Below, one piece after another: positions 50,622 through 63,287 of a DNA stretch of 64,000 nucleotides (the stretch's first letter is position 1; every line of letters starts with the position of its first letter). Origin of the DNA: Octopus vulgaris. Lineage: Eukaryota. The notes below the pieces were generated by a model. The model saw only the letters and a list, made by a program, of their open reading frames with translations, searched no databases and was not told the DNA's origin. The stretch lies in NCBI GenBank assembly GCA_951406725.2, contig OX597815.1, positions 60,450,001 through 60,514,000 on the forward strand. Direction: 5' to 3'. The position numbers were made by a program, and so were the translations under genes.

Positions 50622-50694
50622 GTGCCTGAAGATTGCGCTAAGACACTAGACGTGTTGAAAAATACCTTCATCACATGAAACTAATTAGTAGCTC
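50622..50694 (+). ncRNA. Hammerhead motif, aged
   Basis: GTGC-CTGAAGA-tTG..CAT-GAAA-CTAATTAG-TA-GCtC with palindromic stem III. Confidence 0.55.
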
Positions 50695-50766
50695 ATAAAA
50701 ACATACATTGTGTTTATTAAACATTTATCTCTCACCAAATGGAGAACGTTTGTAATCTGCACAGAG

Positions 50767-50811
<45 letters not shown>

Positions 50812-50959
50812 GGAGATGTGTTTTTTGTGGGGTTGTTGGGGGGAAAATGTAGCTAAAAGATTAAATGGAATTATCTTGCCGCCATAATACTATAATTTTA
50901 TATCTAGTAAAATATGTTTTCTTACAATTCTCTAAATATTTTCCAGACAAGCAGATATT

Positions 50960-51620
50960 TAAGGACAGACCGAAATATTTTAGTAAAGTCCTCAGTCGAA
51001 GTGGATATACAGAAATAGTGAAATACAATAATAATGATAATACAAATGCAGCGGTCAGTATATGTAGAAAGAGATCTGGTGTGTGATTTCATCCGACGCT
51101 TATCAAGACATGTAGCCACCTTACTTCAACATTTTCCTTTTAAGATAAATGATATAAAAAACAATATTTCACTACATACAAATTGCCTAAACATTAAGTA
51201 AGTTGAACTTGTCTAAATTTAGTATCACCCACTTTGAAACTTCATTAAATCTACAGTTGCCCACTGTAAGGCGAAGCCACACTGTGATATTGTTTTAATG
51301 CGTCACTGTTAACATTGATTTGATATCAAGGTTTTACCGAGAATTCACATCCAATTAATCCAAAGTTAGGCTTCAACAACACAAATACTTTTAGAAACCA
51401 GAATGTGAAGGTAGATACGTTCCTTTCGAATTGTACTAATACACTGAAGTCAACACATCCTTTGGCTTAAGGTAGAAAATTTTATGCTTTGTAAAACTTT
51501 TTACTGCCAATAGCAATCTGTGTACTTCCAGGGCCTCTGAAATCAACGATTTCAAAGAATTTCTAACTTCCAGCTACTTAATTGCTATTCAGAATTTGTT
51601 ATATCATGCGGATATAAAAC
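50960..51620 (+). pseudogene. Heavily decayed PLE fragment
   Basis: KVLSRSGYTEIVKY..RKRSGV*FHP resembles SALKNSGFSEKIQF..RKVLWFNP. Confidence 0.5.
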
Positions 51621-52989
51621 TCGCAGAATAGTAAATTACTTTAAACTTATCATTACAAATAGATGTCTCACCAATATTACTCATATCCATGAAACTTGAG
51701 CAACACTTCCAATGAAGCTGAGCCAGCTCATTGGTTATCATAATGATAGAAAAACAAAAGAAATAATTATTTTTCCATTGATATTAGATGTACTTGTTAT
51801 AAAAATATAGTTACCAAAAGCAACTGCCTCAGTGAGTAAATTTTTTGGCAATTTTTTCCAACATACTCTTTGAGCATCTTTTTATCTTGATGTAAAGCAT
51901 ATTTGTTTAATATACTTGTTAATAGTAATTACTCTAATAAACATTCTAGCAAGAAAATCAAAAAGAAATTCTAACCTAATATATTACATAATAATGTTTA
52001 TTAAACTTATTGCCTACTACCATGATATCTTACAATTTTTTGCCTCTTCTAGCCTATTTAATAGTAAATTTATCGTATCATCATATTTACTCTTTACACT
52101 ATATTACACCAGCATCGTTCTTCATTTCCCCATTCCCTCGATACAATCACCAAACTTTCTCATTTAACTGCAGGAACTTAAATTTTATTGTATTTCCCAA
52201 TTGAAAATTTATTTAAATGCCTTCTCTATCCGTAGGCTGCCGTGTTTTTTTTTTAATATTGCCTTTATAAAAACATATGGACTGCACACATGTAAATGTG
52301 AAACTTTATAGTACATATAGCATACACATACACTCACTCACACGCCCGCATACACACATCTAGGTATATGAATGAGTTACTATCTATGACTATTTTCCCT
52401 TGTTAATGATTAATAATGTTTACCTCTATCTTCATGTGTGTATATGTTAAGTGTGTGTGTGTGTTTATGTGCGTGTACATATGCATGTGCACGTGCGTGT
52501 ATATAAGTGTGTGTGTATGTGTGTGTGTGTATGTGTGTGTGTATGTGTGTGTGTGTGACTCTGTGTGTGTATGTCTGTGTGTATACTACAGCGCCAATTG
52601 AGCTAAGATTAAATAATTATAGAGAATTCCACGATTTAGCCACGTTGTGAAATTTATTTCTATGACTATATTTTAGGTAGTTTAGCATCAGCATCGAACA
52701 TTTTTCTTTCAAAACAATCCTATCCAATTACATTGGAATAAAAATGGACTATTCTAGAACAAGCTGAAGCTTTAAAACCTGGATTCTCCTCTTCAAATTT
52801 GCATTGGAAGCTATTTAGGGAAAGAGTGTTTTTTTAATGAAATTTCAATACACGCGCATATTATATCTAAATTAACTAATAAAACACAAAAACTTATAGT
52901 CCTCAACACTAGCAAGAATAGAAATAGTAACACCAATAACAACAACAACAACAACAATAACAATAATAAAAATTATAAAATGAAAGTAA

Positions 52990-53880
52990 CTAAGCACAGT
53001 ATAGATAATATTAATAACACTAATCATGACAGCAACAACAACAAAAAATATTAACGCAAAATAAAATGATAAATATAAATAAGTATAAACATAATATTTA
53101 TCACTCGCACAGCAATAAACACGTGTCGTATGGTAGGAATACCGAAAATACCAAAAATATTAATTGGCTTATATTCCCGTATGCTGTGCAAATTAAACAT
53201 AACTCAGTCAAATCTATATTCAAAATTATTAATAAACACTTTGATAAGAATAACAGATATTCGAAATTATTAACAGTAAAACAATAAAGATAGGTTATAG
53301 TCTTGCCCATAACTTAGCTAGCACTATTTCCTCCTTAAATAAAAAAAACTCGATGCTTACATAATAATAACAATAAAAATAATAAAAATAACAACTATTA
53401 CAACCACCTCAAACCTAGTAAAGATAATACCAACTATAATATTACTCTAAATCACAATACACTCCATAATAATAATAATTCACCTATAAATACTAATCTA
53501 GTAGTAAATAACTTCAGAAATAAAAATAATTGCGCTCTTAATAACGCATGTCAAAGAAAAAGTGTAATATATCAGTGTACAGTCACAACACAATATAATA
53601 AACATATATATAGGAGCCACCCAAAACGAAATGAAGAGAAGATTAGCCGCGTACCTACACACTTTCAGAAATAGAAATAAGATTAGCTTGACCGGATTAA
53701 GTAAATGCATTTGGGATCTTAAAGATAAAGATATTAGCTCACTTCGGTGCCATCGTACAATGTAAAAAATAATAAATGTCACTCGTGCATTAATGAACAC
53801 TTTTTCATATTAATGGCCAGACTATCATTGATTAACTTAAGGGAAGAACGAAACATGCTTACTTGCACATAGGTAAGCAT
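52990..53880 (+). pseudogene. Decayed PLE linker plus GIY-YIG with Asn-rich expansions
   Basis: INWLIFPY..IINKHFDKNNRYSKL; IYIGATQNEMKRRLAAYLHTFRN..LSKCIWDLKDK near 53605-53730. Confidence 0.75.
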
Positions 53881-54704
53881 GTTTTCTCTAGATATAATTA
53901 ATATTAGGGATTCCATATGCATCTTCTCCACTAATGGTACCCATAGCTCTTCACCTTAGTAATAGTAGAATTTGATTCTAAGCGTTAGCATAATTTACCT
54001 TTCAACAGTTTTGTTTGATAAATTAACTTATTTAGGTCCCATTTAGGTAGTTCAGCATTAATATTCTTACACTAAACCCCTCCGAGTTAAAAAAAAACCC
54101 ATCTCCAACACATAACAATTTCATTATATGACTTCATTATATTACTTCTCAATACAATCTCTTCACCCTCTTATAAATACATATTGACCCTTCTCTTAAT
54201 TCTTAGCACAAATTTATACTATAGCGTGCACACGTACAACACCCTACAACACCTCTCCCTTAATAGTACCATTGGTCCTTCACCTTAATAGTGAAGGAAT
54301 TTGTCTTTATTTTGTAACACAATTTACCTTTTATTCATATTGAATGTTTCATTGTCTCACTTCAATATATTTCAAGAGCCCTTTTAGTTAATCCAGCAAT
54401 TATCAACTTTTAATAAATACAGACCCCTCTCTAGTGTACTTACTCATTGCAATGCCTCCCCCACACAGCGCTTAACATTTTAATACCAACTTTTTTACTC
54501 TTATTTAGTTATGTACTTGCTTGCACTTCTTTTACAATTTGCACTTAACTATGTGTTATTATGTGCATTAATCTATGCATAGGAGACCACTTGTGGATGC
54601 ATGCGTATGTGTCTGCTCATATATGGAATTAATATATATATTGAGATAATGAGTATGTATGTATGTTTGTGCATGTGTGTGCTTGTGTGTCTGCATGTGT
54701 GTGC

Positions 54705-54756
<52 letters not shown>

Positions 54757-54839
54757 ATATATAAATGAATTTAAATAACGATCGTTTGTGATCTTTTAGC
54801 ATATTGGTTATCCACTTAGTGGTTATCCCTAAACATACG

Positions 54840-54880
<41 letters not shown>

Positions 54881-55929
54881 ATATATATATATATATACAC
54901 ACATATGTGCAGACGTATGTATATGTGTCCATTTATTTGTGTATGTATGAACATATTTTAGTGGGAATTTGCATCTGTAAACATATTTTTGCAAGTACAT
55001 CACTTTAAACTTATTAATTCATTAAATATGGATCTATATATTGCAACTTATTTAACTGTTCGGTTGGTTGACTGGTTAATTGATTGTTTAGTCAAAATAT
55101 TATTTGATTAATTAATTAGTTCACTGATTTGGTGGGCTTACTGATTAATTAAGGAATTGATTGGTGGCTGCATAAATTTCCAACTTGGTATTACTTTCCG
55201 ATCACTTGTTAATCCATTTATTATCTCCCCTTAACCATCAATATTTCTAAATGTCCAATTGGAAAATTTCATTGATATTTTCATATTTCTATTTTTATTT
55301 TTATTGACTTAAATGGCTTTAGGTCCCTTCTCCCTTTAACCATCAAAATTCTTAAATGCCCAACTGGAAAATTTTCTAATTTTTATTATCTTATTAGTCT
55401 TATTTTATTTTATTTTATTTATATTTTTATACTTTTATATTCTTATTTTTAGATTGAATTAAACAGCTTTGGGTCCCTAATAGCATATACCATTCATTTA
55501 TTTTAACCCGGAGAATAACGGTTTATTAATAGCCAGTCATTTTGTTTTAAAATACTAACTGACCAATTATATCTGGCGGTGGCCCCTGGTCTACTTACAT
55601 TAGGTGGATTGACTGAAATGCCTACTAGTGATAAGGGAAAAATTATATTAAACCGATAAGCAAGTTATAACAAATACTATTACTAGTACTATAAATATAA
55701 TTATTATTACTAACACTAGAGTGTATTTTTACTCCTATTTCCGCAAAGAGCAATTTTTTCTAACCTACGTCCCCTCCGTACATAAGAATATCCCACCACA
55801 TACCCCTTTTATTTCAAATTTTGGTGATTTACTTATCGTCCAATGACTTTACAAGCAACATGACATGACTTTCACCATATTCAACCTTTCCTTCTTCTTT
55901 TCTTGTCTCTTCTTTTTATTTATTCATTT

Positions 55930-56050
55930 TCCACTCTGATGAAGCTCCATGATTCAAATCGGTTTTATTACCAACTATGACATATATTCTCTTAGCATCA
56001 TAATGGTAATTCCAAAGAACATTGGCAGCAGAAACAGCTGTTATATGGGA
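55930..56050 (+). ncRNA. Degenerate long-stem-II hammerhead motif
   Basis: CTGATGA-A-GCT..AGC-a-GAAA-CAGCTG-TT; same stem III as 39946-40054; stem I pairs poorly. Confidence 0.4.
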
Positions 56051-56165
56051 TGCAGTCTTTTTATAAACGATCAATAAATAATGATTGATGCAAATCAATT
56101 GTTGTTCATCAATGTTATCTACATTTTATGATTTCTTTATAGATGTCTATATGTGTGTTTGTGTA

Positions 56166-56211
<46 letters not shown>

Positions 56212-56603
56212 TGTGTGTGTATACGAGTTTATGTGTGTATATATATATCGTATAAAGAAATATGTCGTAAGTTCATTTCTTTATAAATTGTTTATATTGT
56301 GAGACAAAGTCAGATGCATTTCTAGCCACTAGCAATACATACACACGTCAAACACTTAACATCTGCTGGGCTTCGGCACCCGCATATGCGTCCTCATATG
56401 AGCAGGACATGTTGCGGTGCTACTTAAGAGCTCAAATGTACATATATGTATGTATGCATGCATGTATGTATGTATGTATGTATGTATGTATGTATGTATG
56501 TATGTATGTATGTATGTATATCTCTGTATGTATTTACACAAAAACGCACTCTCATTCATACACATACTTTTATACAAGCATATATGCATACATGCATATA
56601 TGC

Positions 56604-56634
<31 letters not shown>

Positions 56635-57015
56635 CATACACATACATACATACATTCATACATACATACATACATACATACATACATACATACATACATA
56701 CGTACATACATACATTCATACATACATACATACATACATACATACATACATACATACATACATACATACATACATACATACATACGTACATGCATACATA
56801 CATACGTACATACATATACATGCCTGTGTGTATGCCTGTTTGTATACGTTTTGTTTGTATCTCTAAGTGTATTTGTGCGTGCGTGTGTGTGTGTGTGTAT
56901 AGACGCGTGGCATTACACATCAAATTTCAAGCGGGATGAGATAAAGAGATAGAGAGGAAGAGCCAAGGAGAAAGAAAAAGAGAGAGGGGGAGGACAGATT
57001 CCGATAATACTTAAA

Positions 57016-57330
57016 AACTGGCACTCTGTCGGTTACGACGACAAGGGTTCCAATTGATCCGATCAATGGAACAGCCTGCTTATGAAATTAGCATGTAAGT
57101 GGCTGACCACTCAACAGCCACGTGTATCCTTTAGCGTAGTTCTTAAGGAGATTCAGTGTGGCAAGGCCGGCCCGCTGAATTACAGGTACTACTCATTTTT
57201 GCGAGCTGAGTGGACAGGGGCAACGTGAAATAAAGTGTCTTGCTCAAGGACACAACGTATCGCCGGGAATTGAACTCACGACCTTATGAACGTGAGCCGA
57301 AAACCCTAATCACTAAGCCTTTCGCCTTAT
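57016..57330 (-). mobile_element. tRNA-derived CORE-like SINE, second family
   Basis: Minus strand ggcttagtgattagg..gtgagttcaattccc..gtgtccttgagcaagacac. Confidence 0.75.
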
Positions 57331-57337
57331 ATGTGTA

Positions 57338-57409
<72 letters not shown>

Positions 57410-57681
57410 ATATACACATATATAAATATTTGTATATATATTATGTATATATGTGCGTGTGTATCCGCGTATGTGTATGTGCGTGAGCCTACCATAGCAG
57501 CTTTACGATAATTCAACCTCCTCAGATTCCTAGTATACATAAAGGATCACGTAAGAAAGATAGACGGGAACTCTGAACATATATATATACACCGAACTTC
57601 AATTATATACAAAACAAAATCACATCTGCTCGCATGGTATTTTTATATAAGCTTAAAAATTATGGCGATTACCGTGCAGTA

Positions 57682-58023
57682 ACTAAGGAAAATAGTCTAA
57701 TAAAGGGGCATATAAGCCCACGACAGAAAAAAGAAGGCTTTCCTATCAGCTTGGGAGTCGAACCCACATCCCTTTGTTAACGCAACCAAGTGTGTTACCT
57801 TCACATCAGCGAATTAGCGTCCCTCTTTCTGTCAAAAACAAATATGAACTAATATATAGTTCTTAAATTTGGCAGAAAGGGGAGGCTGATTCGCTGGTGT
57901 AAAGATAACACACTTGGTCGCGTTAACAAAGGGATGTGAGTTCGACTCCAACGCGAATAGAAGAGCCTTCTTTTTTTTCTGTCTAGGGCTTATATGTCCC
58001 TTTATTAGACTACTTTCCTTAGT
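57682..58023. repeat. Fold-back element with a tRNA-like unit in each arm
   Basis: Arms 57682-57835 and 57868-58023; B box gttcgactcc at 57940-57949; attcgc/gcgaat acceptor-like pairing. Confidence 0.8.
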
Positions 58024-58029
58024 CATTGT

Positions 58030-58430
58030 GGGGATTCTGGGTGAGTCCAGGAAGAGATTTCGCTGCAAAAGGCCAGAGGCCTTCCACTCGTGTAGGCTAT
58101 GCCTACACCAAAACAATGTACTAGTCCACAATTCCATTCTCGTAACCAACTACTTGACAGAGATAGGCATCAAAACTGTCCTTCACCCTCCCAACAGTCC
58201 AGACATTGCTCCCAGTGACTTTTGACTGTTCCCTAAGCGGAAAGAGAACTTCAGAGGTAGTCATTTTGAAGAAATTGAGAAGATGAAGAAGGCTGTGACA
58301 AGGGTCCTAGACACCTTCACTTTGGAGGACGTCCATGAAGTGGTTGGAGCGCTGCAAGTGCATTGAAGTTAGAAGATCCCACATTGAAGGCGATTAGAGT
58401 TTTGTACGTCTTTGAAATTAATATATGACT
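58030..58430 (+). pseudogene. Mariner transposase C-terminal fragment
   Basis: LHQNN..HPPNSPDIAPSDF*LFPK. Confidence 0.8.
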
Positions 58431-59614
58431 CTCCACAAAATGTTTCAAAACTTCTTGGATTCAAAACATCTTGTATATATACGTGTACATATGTGACAAT
58501 ATTACCGAGTGTAACCTTTATTTTTAACGCAGTAAAGTGTGATTTAATGAAAATTTGGCTATTACTTGTAGCAAGTCGAGCGACAGTATATAGATACGCA
58601 ACGTTTGCTCTATTACATTTTTTAAAAATTGATGTCTCATATAACTTACCTGTTCTAGATAGAAACAAAGAAATTGTTTCTTATTATTTATGAGAATTAT
58701 TACACATTTTACAATATCTAACCAGTAAAATGTTTTTCCACATTTAAGAATCTGTAGATTACTTAATCATCACACAAATTTTACTACTTTAGTAAGACCT
58801 AGCAATACAAAGAATCAGTCATGACACATTCTTCGGCACATTCCAGCTTATCTGATGACCTCAATATTCAGTTTTGTTATGTGTACTAGATACCCTAATT
58901 TCAGATTCCGGGTACTTTGAGTTGAACATACAACATACAGTAAAGTCCCAGTTTTACCGTCTATCTACGTAAGGAATAAAATCACTGCATTGAGATAACT
59001 AGGGTTTGTGGTAACATTTTAACTTATAATCCCTTTAAAGGAAGTCTGCCTTTGGACGATTCGAACCTTGCACAAATAGTACAGTGTATTTAGGTCTTAA
59101 AACAGAAATGTTTCCATACATCCTGAACTCTATAAAGGTTAAAATAGAAGCTAGCTGACTTTAGATACTTGTTGAATCCTGTACAAAATTTGAACAGTTA
59201 TAATCAACCATTTGTTCACACATAGCAAGTCGAACTGCAGAAATGATTTCAACAATTCTTGTTGATATACATTGGAAGAGTTAGACTCTACCAGGCCAAG
59301 TTATACAAGACATAATCTCCAATGGTACCCCTACACACTGCAATACGGAGGGTTATGTTACATCGCAAGGTAAACTGAGTTAGTACCACGAACTGAAAAA
59401 ATGGGTGAGGGTCTGTAGTCAATATGAAATGCAGTGGAAATATAAACTAAAGAAATATTTATCATAGTATGCAATAGACTCTAATGACTTCAAAAGAGAC
59501 ACTATTCCACGAGGATTATACCGCGGACATATAAATATAGAGAATACATAAATAGGGATAGATAAACATAGATAGATTGATTGATTGATAGGCACGCAAA
59601 GACAAACACACAAC

Positions 59615-59656
<42 letters not shown>

Positions 59657-60181
59657 CATACATACATATATATCCACTTCTCCTGCACTATCTCTGACAC
59701 ATCTGTCTCCTTTCTTGACATTTCGGTCAGCATTCATCACTCCACTCTTACCACCTCCATCCACTACAAACACACAGACTCACACTCATACCTAAACTTC
59801 TCCTCCTCCCACCCCAAACACACCAAGCTTTCCATCCCCTATTCCCAATTCCTCCGTCTACGCAGGTTTCTAGTGACGACCATGACTTTGAGACTCAGTC
59901 TCAACTCATGGCTCGCACCTTCATCCTACGTGGATATCCCCTCACCACTATCCACACCGCCCTTGCCAGAGCACGTTCCGTGGACCGTGCATCTGGTTCC
60001 CCCCCGAACCCGCCCTGCAGCCTCCCGCCTCCCTTTCCTCTCACCTACCCCCACCACCCTACCTCTCCAACGCACCATTCTCCGAGCTTTCCGGCATCTC
60101 CAGTCCGACCCGTCCACTTCACACATCTTCCCTAACCGACCCCTCCCCTCCTTCAAATGAGCCCACAACCTACGAGACCTT

Positions 60182-60637
60182 TTGGTCCACAGCTTCTTCC
60201 CCAACACTACCTCTCAACCTGGCTCGTTCCCCTGCTCCCGCCGACGCTGTCGCACTTGCCCTTACCTCTCCAACACCACCCTCCTCACCGGCACCTATCA
60301 TCGACCCTATCGCATCATCGACTCTTTCACCTGCACCTCCACCAATATCATCTATTGCATCTCCTGCTCTCTCTGCCATTCCCTGTACATCGGACAAACG
60401 GGACGCCGCTTGGCTGACCGGTTCGCGGAACACCTCCGAGACATCCGCCTCGGCAATGACACCCCGGTCTCACGCCATTTCCGCTCCACCGGTCACTCCT
60501 TGCAACACCTGTCTGTGTTCGGATTTTCCTTGCACAGAGGCCATCCGGACTCCCGTTTGCGCCGTGAACAGGGATTAATCTTCTCTCTTCGCTCTTTTAC
60601 GCCATTTGGGCTCAACTCCCCTCCCCTCTTCATCTAA
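60182..60637 (+). CDS. PLE Cys-rich linker plus GIY-YIG endonuclease (fragment of a disrupted ORF)
   Basis: CSRRRCRTC..FTCTSTNIIYCISCSLC..YIGQTGRRLADRFAEH..GLN. Confidence 0.88.
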   Translation: MVHSFFPNTTSQPGSFPCSRRRCRTCPYLSNTTLLTGTYHRPYRIIDSFTCTSTNIIYCISCSLCHSLYIGQTGRRLADRFAEHLRDIRLGNDTPVSRHFRSTGHSLQHLSVFGFSLHRGHPDSRLRREQGLIFSLRSFTPFGLNSPPLFI

Positions 60638-61519
60638 CCTTCTTCCCGACTCCTACTTCTCTTCACTCCTACATCTTTTCACCCCTACTCTCTTTCCCTC
60701 TTCTCTCTTACTCTCTTTCTCCCTTCTCTTTCTCTCTGCTCCCTCACTTTCCTTCTCTCCTCTCTCCCCCTCCCTCTTCCTTCTTCCCACTCAACTCTCC
60801 TCTCTTGCCCCGACTCCTACTTCTCTTCACCCCTACTCTCTTTCCCTCTTCTCTCTTTCTCTTTCTCTCTTCCTTCCTACACTCTTCCTCTTTCTCTCTT
60901 TCTCTCCCCTCTTTGCCGCTTCCCTCTTTCTCTCTTTCTCTCTTCTCTCCTCCTCTCTCTCCTCACATACCCACCTCTCCCCATAAGCCTACCCACCTCT
61001 ACACATTCCCCTCTCCCCATAAGCCTACCCACCTCTACACATTCCCCTCTCCCCATAAGCCTACCCACCTCTACACATTCCTACTCCATCATCCCTATCC
61101 TTCACATCCTCCCATCCTATCCCACAACCCTCCCCCCACATACTCCACCTCTACCCCCACCCGTGCTTTCCCCACTCTCGCCTCCCAACAACATCACACC
61201 ACGCCACACTACACCATAGAACATTACACATCACATACAACATTACACATCACATCACAACACACCATTCCCACATTTTTACACCTACACATACATACAC
61301 GCACACGTCCAGACCACCAGCCCTCTTGCACACGCACATACATACTCTCTTATACACACACACACACCTTCGTATTGGGGATCATCTTTACTTTGTTATC
61401 TCCCCTACTTTCCTTCTCGTGTGTGACCCTTCTGTCCGAGTCTGACGCCATGATAGATCGTTAGCCACTACACACATTTTTTTCTCTCCTTGTTTCTTTC
61501 CTTGTTTTTTTCTGTGTCC

Positions 61520-61555
61520 CTTTCTGTAGAAGAGCGTAGGCTCGAAACGTAAAAG
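61520..61555 (+). ncRNA. Minimal hammerhead variant with CUGUNGA core
   Basis: CTTT-CTGTAGA-A-GAGC(GTAG)GCTC-GAAA-CG-TA-AAAG. Confidence 0.6.
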
Positions 61556-61794
61556 ACTTTTTCTATTTCTGAGCGTTATACTAATACATCTGTTTGTTTT
61601 GTACACCACCTGTCTTCGTCCTTTGTTTTTTTCGTAAACTCTCCTTATATATATATATAATCTCCTTATTTCAATATATATATATAATCACCTTATTTTT
61701 AATTATATGGATAATACCATACTAAATTCTGGTGCTTTCAACTTAAGTACCATATTCATCTGAATCTAAATTTTACTGAACTTATCTACCATAC

Positions 61795-61833
<39 letters not shown>

Positions 61834-61837
61834 ACTC

Positions 61838-62153
61838 ACAACTTATAAATAAGGGCAAAAGAAAAAATTCCCATGCCAAATATGCCGAGAAATAGACTTT
61901 AAATCGTCAATAACCATAAATAATTCATCACTAAAAACACGCGTCTCATAGCAAGCTGACAGAAATTTCTAGAACACATTCCCTTATTACCGAATCGGTC
62001 CGATTTCTGAGTTGATTCATAAAGACTTTTCTCGTCATTGACGAATTAAAGTCTATTTCTTGGCATATTTGGCATGGGAAATTTTTCTTTTGCCCTTATT
62101 TGTAAGTTGTTTATAATTTTCGCCTTTAAAGGTGTTTTCTAATATGCTGGCCA
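61838..62153. repeat. Fold-back element, copy 1 (arms 61838-61911 and 62037-62111)
   Basis: Inverted arms; follows (TA)n. Confidence 0.85.
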
Positions 62154-62775
62154 CTGATAACATTTTTTGAAAATTTTATCCTATATAACGATAATATGTA
62201 GCAACTGGTTAAGAAGTCAAGCGTTTCTTATGTCGGTGGTCACCAAGTGTAACGATTTATATGTAGCAAATAAATAAGAGGAGAAAAATATTAATTGATA
62301 GTTATGGCCTTTAATTTTGTCATTACAATACAATGTAAGATGCAATTTCTCGGAGTTGTTGCAGCTCACACATAATTTGCAGTTCTGTTATCCATTCTGT
62401 ACATTATTAAGTTCATTTTTTGTACACTGCTAGAAGATGGATGCAAGAAAGAGAGGGAAGAGTAAATAATTTAGACAAGTAGAGAAAGTTATGCACCACC
62501 GTGCATAATGCGAATTTTTCTGTCGGTGCCAAACGAAAGGAGATAAGACTGAATTTGGGTTCTGTATTTATATATTCTCTTATTCTCGGATCAGGCCTAA
62601 CAAAGGATTTTTCGTTTGTTATCTGTCTTGACTTAGATCCGACTGGAGAAGGTTATACGCTAACAGCTGAATCACAAACTTCCTTGGGCAAATGCCAAGA
62701 ACAATGGAAAGGAACTCGCAGAATAATTTGGATTGCGTTTCAAGTCTTGGCTAAGAATCTAGGAAGCTTTTCACT

Positions 62776-62809
<34 letters not shown>

Positions 62810-62840
62810 GTGTATCAAATATATATATATATACATACAT

Positions 62841-62981
<141 letters not shown>

Positions 62982-62995
62982 TTAGATAAAACTTA

Positions 62996-63287
62996 GAAAA
63001 ATTCCCATGCCAAATATGCCGAGAAATAGACTTTAAATCGTCAATAACCATAAATAATTCATCACTAAAAACACGCGTCTCATAGCAAGCTGACAGAAAT
63101 TTCTAGAACACATTCCCATATTACCGAATCGGTCCGATTTCTGAGTTGATTCATAAAGACTTTTCTCGTCATTGACGATTTAAAGTCTATTTCTTGGCAT
63201 ATTTGGCATGGGAAATTTTTCTTTTGCCCTTATTTGTAAGTTGTTTATAATTTTCGCCTTTAAAGGTGTTTTCTAATATGCTGGCCA
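62996..63287. repeat. Fold-back element, copy 2
   Basis: Near-identical direct copy of 61861-62153; follows (TA)n. Confidence 0.85.

Larger units (their letters stand above)
59672..61646 (+). mobile_element. 5'-truncated Neptune-type PLE with pyrimidine-rich 3' region and pLTR
   Basis: FLDI..SSSHPKH..SIPYSQFLRLRR; begins and ends in (TA)n; same family as 1221-2490. Confidence 0.9.

Noticed and set aside
60158-60160. In-frame TGA in the PLE ORF as a possible selenocysteine codon
   Set aside because: The context FK*AHNL fits a CGA-to-TGA change at an Arg position, the copy also has frameshifts, and no SECIS was seen
60970-61085. Three short tandem repeats resembling an array
   Set aside because: No unique spacers and a eukaryotic context; simple slippage in the PLE 3' region, not CRISPR
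61990-62045. Minus-strand ATGACGA..GAAATCGGACCGATT as a hammerhead
   Set aside because: The first box is degenerate and stem I does not pair
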